From: Vitrella brassicaformis CCMP3155 | Taxonomy: Eukaryota > Protista > Chromerida | Direction: 5' to 3' | DNA: 64,000 nucleotides | Assembly: GCA_001179505.1 (NCBI GenBank) | Contig: CDMY01000303.1 | Location: forward strand, 64,460 to 128,459 | In this document: positions 46,361 through 59,302 of the stretch, piece by piece | Layout of the letters: the number at the start of each line of letters is the position of its first letter | Position numbering within the stretch: the stretch's first letter is position 1 | Position numbers and translations under genes: made by a program | The notes under the pieces: generated by a model | What the model saw: the letters and a program-made list of their open reading frames with translations, nothing else | Database searches by the model: none | Told to the model about the DNA's origin: nothing

Positions 46361-49300
46361 GATGAAACGCCCGAACCCAGATCCGACGCAAGAAGAAGCC
46401 AGGTGAACCCAGACAGCAACACCACAACGACCACACACACTCACTGATCTCCCTTGGTTGGCGCTGCGTACGTGCTACATGTGCAGCAAAGTCGCCCGAT
46501 CTGATGGCGACCCGTCTGCAGCCGCGCCACAAGCACCTCAAGCACCACCACAAGGTCGGTTCGGTTGTGTATCGCTGTCCTCCCACCAATCTGTTTGTCT
46601 GTCTGTCTGTCTAATGCATCAGGCGATGTGAGTGCATCAGGTGAGGCCGCATCCGCTGCTGCTGCTGCTGTTGCTGTGTCGGTGTCGCCCGGGCCGGCTC
46701 CCATCTCGCCGGGCACCGCCGCAATCAGCAGCCCAGCGATGGAGGCCATGGCGAGGGCAGCACTCCTGGTAGCCAACACACATCAACACCATTCATTATA
46801 TGCATCTGTCTACCTGCTGCTTGTGAAGGCGCAAGCGGGTGTTCCGAGCACCACTGACAGCAGCACAAAACCTGCAAGGTGCGCATTAGGATCAGGAAAC
46901 AGAGGCGACCTGCCTGCCTGCCTGTCTGTCTGTCTGTCTGCCAGCCTGTCTTGCTCGGATGCACTCATTAGAATACCCTCCCTGGTGTCTGTCGTTTGCT
47001 GCCTGCCCATGTATGTGTGTGTGTGTGTGTGTCAGGAAGGTGTATGTGGGGAACGTGCCGATGCTCGTGACGGAGATGCAGATAAAGCAGTTCTTCAACA
47101 CCATACTCGACTCACTGCTGCCAAACAAACCACCTGGCGAAGTGGTCAGAAGGAGAAGAAAACAAACGACGGGATGGATGGAGGCAGGCAGGGGCAGACA
47201 GACGGCAATGGTTGGTCGATCGGTCGATGGATGGATGGGTGGATCTGGGGGGCAGGTGACGGAGGTGTACCTGAACGCTGCGAAGCGGTTTGCCTTCATC
47301 GAACACCGGTCGGTATGCGTTTTTCTGCATACCCTACTCGGCGTGGGGGCTGCGGTTCGTTCATGTGTGTGCTCCGCCTGCTGCGTCTGGTCAGTTCCAT
47401 CGAGGAGGCCAATTTCACCATCTCCCTCGACGGACTCAACATGGTCAGACAGACAGACAGGGAGGGAGGGAGGGAGGGCAGGCACACGACCGTCATGGCA
47501 CACGTGTGTATTGATTGCTCTGTGCAGATGGGGTGTTCGCTGAAGCTGCGTCGTCCGCAGGACTACAACGCCACCCTCGCGCAGGCCCAGCTGCAACAGG
47601 TACGTGTTAGGTTACGTACGTACGTACCAGAGGGAGAGAGACTGTGAGTGCATTGCATGCGGACCAAAACGACCACAGTGCACTGCACTGCAAGCCATCG
47701 GCGTCGGACTCCTTCATTCACATGTGTATCGTATCGTATCGGCTCGATGCGCCACAGGAGATTGCTCGGAGGGGCGGCGTCTCTGTGGTTGCTGGGGCCA
47801 AGCCGCTCTCGTCTATCGCGGGCAGCCAGGGTAAATTAAATGCATATATACACGCGACCGACCGAGCGACATCCATGGCTGTCTGTCTGTCTGTCTGTCT
47901 GTGGGTGCGTTGGATTGGATACACTGTGTGTTTGTGTTCAGAGATAGTGTCCACGTCGGTGGAGGACAGCCCCAACAAGGTCTTCATCGGCGGCCTCCCA
48001 CACAACCTCTCGGAGCAAAACGTCAAGGTACCTACCCACACACTACAGCGGACAATGCTACATCCAGAGACGTATCCCTCCCCGGTTTGGTCTTGTCCGT
48101 CCGTTCGTCTGTCTGTCTGTCTGTGTGTCTTTGTGCAGGAGATGCTGCAGAAGTTCGGCCCTCTCAAGGCCTTCCACCTCGTCAAGGTCAACCAACACAC
48201 AAACGAACGCACTGACTGACTGACCCTCTCCCCCTCTCTCTCCGTCCCTCTCTCTCTCTCTCTCTCTGTGCGTGTGTGCATTCAGGAGCGTGAGAGGGAC
48301 ACGTCGAAGGGCTTCGCCTTCTGCGAGTGGCGCGACCCCAACGTCACCGACGTCGCATGCGCCAACCTCAATGGGACCGTCATCGGTAGGGAGGGAGGGA
48401 GGGAGGGAGAGGGGGAGTACAGGTGGCCAGCATGCGCGCGGCATCTGTCTGTCTATCTGTCTGTCTGTCTGTGTCTGCGTGTCATGTGCTTGCTGTTCAG
48501 GCGACCGTACACTCAACGTGCGCCGGGCGCTTCCTCATGGGGTACGTCAGAGTGGAGTGAGAATATGGCACCAACACATTCATTCAGTACATCCCTGTGT
48601 GCCTCATGTGTGCCTCTGTGCGGCTGTAGAGTGCGTCATCGGTTGCGTCTGTGAGCCCGACCACAGTGGCGATTGTGTCAGGGGTGCCCAAGGCCGGCGG
48701 AATTGGGTGAGAGTGCGTGTGTCCAGTCCACAGAGCACGACAACACAACACAACGCAGGCCTCGGCCCTCTGTGGATCCATCCATCCATCCACCTATCCG
48801 TTGCTGCAGCAAGCCGAGTCGCGTCATGTCGTTCACCAACCTCCTCACCGTTGCACATCTGGTCGGTACCAACACAAACACACACACGACTGCTAACCAC
48901 CGACACAGAGCTCACCTGACCGACTGTGTGTGTCTCTGTTGGTGCGTATTGTGTCTGTGCCATCCATCCATCAGTCTAGCCACGATGAGATTCGACGTCT
49001 GATGGAGTTGGCGCGCGACGAGTGCGCCAAGATCGCCGCCGTGCGTGTGGTCGAGTTCCACAACGGCGCCGTTCTCGTCGAATTCCCTAACGTCAAAGAC
49101 GCCGCCAGGGCCATCCAGAAATTCCAGAGTCAGAACCAGTGAAGGCGCCTCGATCCGTAACCCTTCTGTTGTCATCTCTCCCTCTGTCTCTCTCTCTGTG
49201 TCTTGGTTTATATGTCAGATGGTGTGTTGGACGGTCGCGTGATGCAGGTATCGTTCGCCGAGCTCACCGCAAGCATGCAGCAGGCCGCCATTGCACGTAT

Positions 49301-49586
49301 GCAGCAGGCCGCCGCTGCAGCTTCATCGGCTTCCGCCCCATCGGCCCAACCGGCAGCAGCAGCAGCACCAGCACCAGCACCATCGAGCAGCCCCTCCCCT
49401 CCCCCTCCCCCATGCCCATCCAATGGCACCCTGCCAAACGACGCAGCAGAAGAAAGAGGTGGCCAGACGGACGCGGCCCCCAGGAGCAATGGGACTGGCG
49501 ACAGGCCAGATACCGGGCCGAGCCAAGGGGCGGGGGAGGCCAATGGCGGCGATGGGGCGAACGACAGAGAGGGCGACAAGAGCTGA
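46361..49586 (+). CDS. U2AF large subunit (U2AF65)-like protein with two RRMs and a UHM-like third RRM
   Basis: ARKVYVGNVP, FAFIEHRSIEEA, LKLRRPQDY, DSPNKVFIGGLP, KFGPLKAFHLVK, SKGFAFCEWRDPNVTDVACANLNG, GDRTLNVRRA, SRVMSFTNLL, ECAK..VLVEF. TGA at 49584-49586. Start uncertain (46218-46739). Confidence 0.88.
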
Positions 49587-49591
49587 CAGGG

Positions 49592-49891
49592 NNNNNNNNN
49601 NNNNNNNNNNNNNNNNNNNNNNNNNNNNNNNNNNNNNNNNNNNNNNNNNNNNNNNNNNNNNNNNNNNNNNNNNNNNNNNNNNNNNNNNNNNNNNNNNNNN
49701 NNNNNNNNNNNNNNNNNNNNNNNNNNNNNNNNNNNNNNNNNNNNNNNNNNNNNNNNNNNNNNNNNNNNNNNNNNNNNNNNNNNNNNNNNNNNNNNNNNNN
49801 NNNNNNNNNNNNNNNNNNNNNNNNNNNNNNNNNNNNNNNNNNNNNNNNNNNNNNNNNNNNNNNNNNNNNNNNNNNNNNNNNNNNNNNNNNN
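49592..49891. other. Assembly gap (300 N)
   Basis: N run. Confidence 1.
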
Positions 49892-50348
49892 AGTCATTCA
49901 GTCACTTTGCGTGCGTCCGTGCTTGCGCGTGTGACTATGTGTGTGTCAGTCAATGGTTGCTGGACGTTGCAGACAGACCTGTGCAAGTACTTGCACAGAG
50001 ATGAACGAACAAGACGTCCGTTCCGTTCCGTTGGATGCATGCTGCTGTATTGGTGCTGATTGAATCCATCGATTCACACACTAGAATCCATCGATCCAAA
50101 CAGTCCGCACAAAAGAGAAATTCAGTCGTTTCCGTGATATAGTGTGTCAGCATAGCATCAAGCAAGAACCGACCGAAAAAGGTGGGGGACGAATGAATGC
50201 AAACCGACATGCGAAGCGACGTCACCCGTTCGTTGTCTCTTCGACCCACATGGGAGCCATCAAATGGCCGACTCACACCGACCCCCTCTCTCTCTCTCCC
50301 CATGGCCACAGGGAGGGAGGGAAGGAGCGCATCATCCACCACTGGTAG

Positions 50349-52992
50349 CTACGGGGCGCCCGCACCGCCAGCAGCAACGGTGTCTGTCGTCTCCTGCGGT
50401 GCTGAAGGTGCGTCAGATCGCCGGAGCGCCCGCATGGCTGGCTCAAGCGCCCTGTTGGTGGCCTCCAGCTGCAGCACCACCCAGGCGTACTCCTGCCGGA
50501 AGGAGTCACTCATCTCAGCCCGGGAAGCCGCAGCACCAGCAGAAGCAGAAGCAGCAGCAGCAGCGGCAGCAGCAGAACCACCGCCCCCGTCCGCTGCTGA
50601 GGCGGCATCGTCGGTCGCATTGTTGGCCGCCACCTCTGTGTTGATCTGCATTGCCCCGTCAGTCACATAGGTAGACAGAATGACAGACGGATAGATAGAT
50701 AGACAGAGGGAGGGAGGAATGCCATCGGTGGGCTGCCTACCGTCCTGAGGGTGTGGAGCAGCCTCTCCTTGCGATCGAGGAGCCGAATCATGGCCGCCAG
50801 GCACCCCACATCCAGCGCTGCACTCGCACAGACAGACAGACAGACGCCCGTAAGAATGGGTGGTTCCTCGGTGCGGGCGCTCTGCAGCTCACCGCTGATG
50901 CATGTGTTGACTCGGCCCGAAAACTCTGACAAGAAGCCGATGGCCTCATCCTGTGCATCATAGCCCTCTGCACACACAACACATCCATCCATCCATCGAT
51001 CCATCGATTGACAAGGCCGCCGCCAGGCGACCCCCGTGAGTGTTATTTACCGAGGAGGTGCGTGTCGGCGACATCGAGCCTCCGGCCGTCGGTCGTGTCT
51101 GTGAGGGGAAAGACGTCCGTGTCGACGACAGACGCGATGCCGCCAGCATCCGGGCGGCTCAAGTGCACGAAGTATCGACACACCGAAGTGGCGCCGTCAG
51201 TGTCTGGCGAGGGGAAAGCGGAGGGGCTCGCCAGCCCGTCAGATCTGATGTGAACCAATCCATTGTCAGACAGGGAGGGAGGGAGGGGGGGCAGAGAGAT
51301 GGTTGGCTGACCCCGTTGTGGTGAAGTCGGCCGTGCCCATGATGGTCCCCTGCTCCAGCTCGCGAGTGTTCGGGTGCACAGCTGCAGCCAGACACCGAAC
51401 CAGGGAGCGCAGAGCACCGCACCCCACCGCACCACCTATCGCGTACGCGCCGTTGGGTGTTCGTGCATGCATTAATGTTTACCGAGGACGGAGTCGCCTG
51501 ACACGAATGGCTGGGGGATCACCTGCACTCACACACGGAATCGAATCGCACACATCACATGCGCGCCATGCGTACGCCTCGATATGGTCCCCCACGCCGC
51601 CACGCCAGCAACGAATCGAATGGACTGACTGACCTGCAGGTACGAGAAGAGGTCTCGGAACTCGTGGGGCACCTGCCGCTTCGCCTGCAGCAGGTGGACC
51701 GCATGACGATACCTACAGACAGACACCAGACACCAATGCAATACAATGCGATCAATGCTCTCTCTCTCGTGTACATCCGATGGGGGAGTGGAGGGGCCTT
51801 GACGCACCTCTGTAGCTTGTGCCTTTCTTGTGCGAGGAATTTGGCCGACAGCCGCCGCATCCGGCCCATCTCGGCACGCAGACGACTCCACTCACGACGC
51901 AGCAAACCGACACGCTGATGACGGATATTTGCAGGCTCGGCTCGTGTCGACACGTCCTGTAGAGTTAGTTCTTGCCTCTCTAACCTACCCGCTGTCTGTT
52001 TTGGTGCAGGATGGGGCACCGCTGGCAGAGTGTGGCCTCAAACTCATTGGTGTCGAAGTACAGCCGGTCTATCGGGCTGTAACACCACTCATACCTACAC
52101 ACAACACAACACACCGATAGATAGATGAGATGCATGAACCAATCGATGGATGGATGCGAAGAGCCAGCCATACGTATCTGATCTGAATGCCTGCAAACCA
52201 GCCCACCATCTCCCCCACACACCGACCTGCAGAATTTGGTGGCGGCTGAGGACATCAGGCACCGCCTCAGCTCCAGCTCGCGCCTCATCAGGCTATAGCG
52301 CACCTTGCTGTCGGTGTCCTCTCCTGCTGCTGCTGCTGCTGCCGAGGCATCAGTCATCTCGCCGCGAAGGGCCTGCACCAACGAGATGAATGAAGCCCCT
52401 GGCTGTGCGTGTGTGTGTTTGTTTGTTTGCGCCCCCTCATACCCCCCTACCTGATAGCCATCGTCGACAAGAGGCGCGACGGACCTGAGTGTTCGAACAC
52501 ATACCCGGATGGATGGACAGATGGACACCCTCAAATGCGTCAGTCAGGCTCGCTCTTGTCTGCGTGTAGCCATCAAGCACTATCCATCCCTCCCTCAATC
52601 CATCCATCGATCGTACCATGCCTTGCGCAACGCACGCCGGCGCTGCACAGGGGCAGCCCCGCTCCCTGCCGAAACGTGCTCCTGGTCCTGCACACAACAC
52701 ATACAAGGGCGGAGCTCGATGAGCACACGACCACGGCGTTCGTGCATTGAATGACTGACCGTCGTGGGCTGTGCTTCTCCGTCGCCGCCGGCCGTCATGG
52801 CCTCGTCCTTCTTGCCTCCCTCCTCGCCAGCCCGCATTCTGACCATCGCACACACACACGGAAGGAAAGGACGCCATTGTATGCATACGACAGACACATC
52901 CAGTCGATGCGATGTGCGTGTTCTGGTGGATGAATGAGCTGCAGCCATACAGGGCCTACCTACCTCAGGAGCTGTGCCGCAAGCCTTGCCAT
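50349..52992 (-). CDS. LIN9/Mip130/ALWAYS EARLY-like protein (DIRP domain, Tudor-like domain, C-terminal coiled coil)
   Basis: YEWCYSPIDRLYFDTNEF, REWSRLRAEMGRMRRLSAKFLAQERHKLQRYR, AVHPNTRELEQGTI..RYFVHLSRPDAG..VVDTDVFP, RLLDRKERLL..SDSFRQEYAWVVLQLEATN. Confidence 0.85.
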
Positions 52993-53179
52993 CGGGCCGA
53001 CGGAGAAGTCATGAACCCATCAGCTCATTGGTCGGCCATGATATTGGAACACTCAGGGAATCCAAAGTGGCACAAAAACTCATCATGATGTCTCGTAGAT
53101 CTCACGATAGTACGAGCTTAGTGGAGAAGAAGCGTGGATGGCATTCTTCCGACCCAGATTTTTCTCTCGGTGACCGAAG

Positions 53180-55573
53180 ATGGAGTGCCCTAACTGGATC
53201 TTCGCCCTGGTGCTCGTCTTCTCGCTATGGCGCATCCGCGTCGACGCCCGCCGCATCTCAGCCCACACTCGAGGGGCGCCTGCAGCCTTCCTGCATCTCA
53301 TGCCTCAACTGCCAACATTCGGCACAGATCGCCGCACCGGCAGGCAACGAAGAGGCCATGCAGAAGCAGCAGCAGCAGCTGCCTCATCCCAACCTTCCCC
53401 TGTGGATGAGCTCATCGCCGAGCAGCCGTCCCTCTCGCCCATCCAGACGGACGCCAATGTGCCCGACGGCCACAGGGGGCTGCACTCGTTCCTCTACGAC
53501 GACGGCAAGGAGGACGACGCCCATGCGGCCAAGCCAGCCGGCAGCCGCGGCCGAGTGCGGTTCGACGGCGTCAACATGTATGGTGTGGATCGGTGGCTGG
53601 GCATGCACAGGGAGGAGAGGGTGTGCGGGGTGTACAGCGTCCTCGACGAGGACCGGTCTGTGCAGTATGTGGGGGTCTCCAGGAACGTCGCTGTCGCACT
53701 GGAGAGCCACAGGCGGCAGACGCCGCCGGGCACCGTCGCTTTCGTCCGAATCAAGGTGCGCACTGAGGCAGACAGACAGAAAGGTGTGTGTGCGTGTGTC
53801 CAAAATGTGTGTGGCTGCGTGTGATCCATCTCTGTGTGCAGAGCTGGGACTATCCTCGTCGGGAGGAGATGGATGCGCTGAGGGACGAGTGGATCAGGGA
53901 GAGCGGGAGGGTGCCCCCGGGCAATGAGGACGCCTCACTGGGATTTGCAGAGACCATCAAGGACGTACGTACCTATGCACGCACCCACAATGCACAGACG
54001 AGGAGGAGAGGCATCGACGTGTTTGCGTCTGTGGTTGCAGGCGTCTACTGACGGCATGAAGGATGACGAGAGGCAGCAGTACCACGATAACAAGGTGGGC
54101 CAGCGAGTGGGTCAGGGGCGCCACTGACTCACCAGACAGACAGGCAGACCAACCCATCCATCCATCAGCCGCTCTCTCTGGCTGCGTGTGTCCATCCCTA
54201 CTTGTCGCTCAGCTCAAGCTGCGGCGTGCAATGGCCGACAACACACTCATCGACGAGACGCCAAACATCATCGAAGAGGAGATCATGAACAGGTCAGAAC
54301 CAACCCACCCACCCAGAACGCACCGCTTCCACCGTCTATTATGAATTGCCGTTGATTGTCACGTCACTTCACTTCACTTCACCTCACCTCAGGGAGGCCT
54401 TGCTGCACGCCCTCAAGGACGACGACTGGTCTGCCGTCATCGACGGGCAGACCAACGCGACCCTGAACCCACAACTCATCAACGCGCAGCTGCAGGAGGC
54501 ACTCAAGATCGGCCGTGACGACACCTCCACAGACACACAAGGGGAGGCAAACGTGGTCAGCCCATTCGCCCCCGGCAGGCAGGGCGACGACGCAGTGGCA
54601 GCACGGACAGCCGAACCTGCTGAGTGTAGGCCCGCCACGCACATAGCAGCCAGCACCCACATCCTTCAGCTTTGATTCGCGGTATGTGTGTGGTGGGTGT
54701 GTGTGCGCAGCTCTGCCGCTGACAGTGGACAACGTGGATAGGGTGCTGGACGATGTGCGGCCGTACCTGCAGGCCGATGGGGGCAATGTCATGGTGGTCG
54801 CCGTCGACCCCACACACAAAACGGTCACTGGCAGGCAGCAAGGCAGATTCTGGCGAGATTAGACATTTATGAGGCATTCATTCATTCAGCCATGGCTGAA
54901 TCGTCCCTTCTCTTGGTGCGGTGTGTGCAGATCAGCCTGGCGCTGCAGGGTGCGTGTGGCAACTGCCCGTCGTCCCAGATGACGCTCAAGATGGGCATCG
55001 AACGGCTCCTCAAGTACGCACCGCGCCGACCCGACATCAGTGAATGCCACACTCATCTGCCTGCGTCTCTCTTTCGTGTTTCCGTTCCTTCCCTCCACAC
55101 GTCACTTGTCGTGTGTGCAGGGAGACGTGGCCCGACTTGAATGACGTCGTTCCAGTGTCCGACCCCTCCTCGCCCCATGCGGCCCCCGCCCCCCTGCCCT
55201 TCGGCGTGGAGCTCATCGAACGGCACCTCGAGGAAGTGCGGTGGGGCCTCAACGGCATGGGCGCATCGTGCGATGTCATCGAGGCCAAAGGTGGGTACCA
55301 CACACAGACAAGACAGACAGACAGACAGACATGGGTGTTCCATGTGTCTGGTGTCTGGTTCATGGATCCTTCTGTGTGTGGGTGTGGGTGTGGTTGTGGT
55401 TGTGTGCAGATGGTCGTGCGGTGCTGCGGTATGCCGGTCCAGACCCAGGCCGGATCACGTTCGGGATCGAGCTGATGCTCAAGGACGCCGTGCCCAACAA
55501 CCAGCTGCAGGTCGTCGAGTTCGTCACTGACGAGCCTCAGACGGACGACAGGCAGCAGGCCACAGCGGCATAG
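53180..55573 (+). CDS. Plastid-targeted fusion: GIY-YIG-like domain plus tandem NifU-C (NFU) Fe-S carrier domains
   Basis: Signal peptide plus R-rich transit. GVYSVLDEDRSVQYVGVSRNVAVALESH..VRIK..WIRESGRVPPGN. LTVDNVDRVLDDVRPYLQADGGNV..LQGACGNCPSSQMTLKMGIERLL (CxxC), then a degenerate second NFU repeat without CxxC. Confidence 0.88.
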
Positions 55574-56334
55574 ACGGGGGGAGGGGGGAGGGGGCGGCAG
55601 GGGGGATTGACGGATGGTGAGGTGGATGGCCATATGTGAATGCTCTATTGGGCATGCCTGCCTGCCTGCCTGCTGCCGTTGTGATGGATGCGCTGAGGTG
55701 CGATGGGACGGGCACATAGAGATCGAGTGCAAAGGTGACTGAAGGACACTTTTGTGTGTTGAACTCATTATCCATCGTCTTGTTTATGCATACGTACAAT
55801 GCGCCGACACGCCCATCTCTCTCTCTCTCCCTCCCTCCCTCTCTACGTGTCTGTTCATGTGAGTGGTCGGGTCAGCGACCCTTGTGTGACCTCGTCTCGT
55901 CAAGGATTTTTCCACACATCCATCGAGTCACGTGTCTCATCGCATCACCATCGCCTCGAGTGTTCCACACGAACCGCACTTCACCTCACACCCACACTCC
56001 GTGACGTGCTCTAGGCATCCCTCCATCCATCCATCCAGTTTACGAAAATCGGCACACACCGTGCAAACGTGCAGAGAGGGGGGGGGGGACACATCAATCG
56101 CACAGTTAGACTGCCCATGGCTGCGGACAACCCACAGACACTCTTAGATACAGAGAGATGTAGAGAGAGACGCGCTGGCCGATTGAGCCACGTGTGCGCG
56201 TGGGGGAGTGGGTGCCTGGCGACAGGGTAAGAGAGAGAGAGCCGGGCATACAAAGGAAAAAGGTAAAGAGAAAGGACTGTGCCCTCGGCACATACACCAC
56301 ACACCGCCAGTCATCACACGCGCAACACAGTGGC

Positions 56335-57870
56335 CCATGTGGCCATGACGTGATATATATTGAAACGTCATAACCGAATAAAAGGCAGAGGCAACACGAC
56401 ACGCAGAACGTCTGTTGGGTACTGTTGTGTTTGTGCGTCGCTCGGGAGCGATGCACAGGCAGGCAGGCAGGCGGCTACGAAACGAGTGCATATCATCAAG
56501 TACCACGATCAGTCAGTCCGCCCCACTCCCACAAGATGATCGATCGGGATCACTGCCACAGACACAGCCGAAACGCCCACACGACACGACACGACATACG
56601 GAAAACTGACTGCTGCTACTGCTCCTGGGCGGCGAGTTGCTGCTTGGCGGCATCCAGCTCTTCTTGCAGCTGCTTGTTCTTGGCCCGCAGCTCATTGTTC
56701 TCGGCCCGCAGCTGACGGATACAGTTGATTACGTCTTCCATGTCTTGGCTCTCGTTGTTCAGCGCTTGGGTCTTGTTGACCAAGGATTGGAGAGCTTTGT
56801 CCTGTTGTGGGTCGCTGCCCTGGTCCATCTTGTGGGAGTCGGTGTGACCGAGGGGGGGATGGAATCAGCACCTACACACGGTCACCAGAGACACACAGAA
56901 AGGTAGTCGGTTTCTGACAAGTGGGTGCGCAGCAGTGGCCGTGAGGTGCGGAGTGCTGTAGGGGGTGCAGCTGAGCTCACACTGGCTGCCAGTCACTGTC
57001 CCTCTCACCTTCTGCTTGGTGGTGCGGGCGGGGGGACCACAAAGATCAAAGCGGCACGATGACCGACGTGTAACTAAGGGGACAGACCAGTTTCGTTTAA
57101 GGTGCACAACACGTCAAGCCTCGCAGATGTGGCTTCCGCAAAGATCTGGATCTTGTCTCGCGTGTCAATAGCTCGCTGACTGCTCGACGCACCGGAGAAG
57201 TGCAGCGCAGCAACAACAGGACGATAAGCATCTGATCAAGGACAACCACACCAACCACAGCGACCAACAGAGTCAGCAATGATCTCATCGTCTGTCTGTC
57301 TGATCTGGCTGTGAAGGTGTGGAGGGCGAGGCCGTCCGCCGTGCCGTTCGCTTTTCCTTTTGGCGTGCCGCGTGACACGACTGAGCAGCAGCAGGGCCAT
57401 GACCAGCAGGCCGACAGCCAAGGCAACCCAAGGCATTGAGAAGGAGAGACCGGAGACCACCCTGGCTGGCCCTCATGGATGCGATGCGCCTCTGTGGCAT
57501 CCGGCGGCTGGTGTGCCATGCATTGGATGCCGTCAGCCCCGACGCTCAGCTCAGCTCAGCTGCACTGCTGCGGGAACACCTCAGCCACTTGTCTCGCCTC
57601 AGCTGGTGGGAACGAGTCGAAGTGCAGTTCAGAGCCACAGAGGGCAATGAGCCACGTCGGAGAGCCAATGAGATGCTCCAGGGGCCATCAGACAGCAGGG
57701 GATGAGCACCAGGTGAGAAGAACACAAGTCAGCACCGACGAAGAATCTCGTGACTGCTTCGGTTTTGGTTGTGTCTGGCAGGCCCTGGCCTGCTCGAGGG
57801 AATGACTGCAGCAGCGAGCGAATGCTTCATTTGCGAATCACCGAGCTAAGCTCGCAAAGCGATCGGGGAG
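56335..57870. repeat. Segmental duplication unit A; direct partner at about 61545-63810
   Basis: Long matching blocks (GATATATATTGAAACGTCAT.., CAAGTACCACGATCAGTCAGTCCG.., GGAGAGACCGGAGACCACCCTGG..) with indels. Confidence 0.9.
56616..56828 (-). CDS. Small coiled-coil ORF (70 aa), copy A
   Basis: MDQGSDPQQDKALQSL..LRAENNELRAKNKQLQEELDAAKQQLAAQEQ*. A paralog exists at 62223-62663. An upstream spliced leader exon is likely. Confidence 0.55.
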   Translation of the reverse strand: MDQGSDPQQDKALQSLVNKTQALNNESQDMEDVINCIRQLRAENNELRAKNKQLQEELDAAKQQLAAQEQ

Positions 57871-59302
57871 GGGAGGAAGGGGCGATGGGGCCAAAGTGCG
57901 TTGGATGGGGCCCGGGAGCTCTGAAATTGAAGTAGGGGCCGATCTACTGAGGGGAGCGGTGATCTGGCGCTTCAATGCGTTTTGTCGGGGGTCCTAAGGA
58001 ATCAGAGGCCAACCAGGTGACCGAAGGGGAGAGAGAGCACCGCAGACAGACTGCCGATGGCCGACGATGAGATCTGGTCGGACTGCAGGTGTCCTTCCCT
58101 CTCTGTCTGTTTGTCAGCGGCCAAGGATGACACGAGGGCATGGCTGAGTGAATGAGGGGGGTCATCTGGCAGGTCTTATGTGCGGTGAGCCGCGTGGGTG
58201 CGGTGCCAGAAGGGACGACACTGCAGATAACTCATTGCCTTCTCTCCCTTGTGTATGTCACTTATGTGTTCAGCCTTGGTCGTGGACACGTGGCGCAGTC
58301 CAGCCGACGTGGGAGTGAGTGCGTCCATGAGGCGGCCGAGCAGAGCGCTGTGAGCGGCGCAGCGACAGACGTCGACGGACGGCTGTCATTTGCCCGGTGA
58401 GAGATCCATCCGAGAGTGACAAAGACCTGCCGGTTTGCAATGTTTGTGTATGTTTGTTGCAGGTCTGTCTGTCTGGTGATGTGTCTGCCGACGCCGCTTC
58501 ACCAGGCGCTCTCGGAGCGTTGTCATCGCCCCCTTGCTGACTGGTGGCGGGGCGGCCTCACTGTGTGGCGTCGTTAATGCCTGGAGCTCCGGCAACAGTA
58601 CGCTCAGAGGCTGAGGATCGAGGATGTCTTTCATCGAGGAGGTCGAGGTCGCCATACGCGAGAGACGTGTGGTGCCTCCTCCGCGTCGTGACATTGGCGT
58701 CAGTGCGTCAGGGCCGTCATGGGTACGGAAGGAAACACATCACGTACATTCCTCCAGATCTGACCCATCAGTCGTATTATTGTGTGCGTGCAGACCATGA
58801 GCCACACGGTGCACAGCCGAGAGTGTCGGATTCGCTTCACGCCAGGAAAGGTCTCCTACGACACTGGTAGCATGGAGGCGCTGCGCTGCTCGGTGCTCTC
58901 CAGCTCAGACGGCAGCACCTGGTCAATGGCGGGTGCGGCAGGTGTGTGCCGTCGGCCAGCACGCGTGACAACGAGGAAGCCGGGCCTCAGCTGCATGGAC
59001 TCGTGCAGGAGACGGTGACGGCCATCGACGCTGCACTCCCGCTCATCGCCAGGAACGAAATGCCGTCTCTCCAGGGCACCGTCCGGATGAGTCACATGCG
59101 CAACAGAAAAAGGTGCCGGCTGAGCTTTGGATGGGGCCCAAGTCTGGCCGAGACAAGCTGACAGCAGTCAGGCTGGCTCTTGAGGCCAAGTGGGACCATA
59201 TGTTGGGCGAAGTATTGTCGATGAGTGGGCTATATGTGTAGTAGGTCTGCGTCACTGATGGATGACCGAGATTGGATGGACGAGTGGGGACGGTGTAGGG
59301 CT

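Noticed and set aside
56340-56372. Imperfect palindrome ATGACGT..ACGTCAT next to AATAAA
   Set aside because: The left arm is altered in the duplicate copies (ATCACGT), so the pairing is not conserved.
58386-59161. Coding-like fragments on both strands (KDILDPQPLSVLLPELQAL.. on minus; LHGLVQETVTAIDAALP.. on plus)
   Set aside because: Could not determine the strand or assemble a consistent spliced ORF; possibly a decayed gene.
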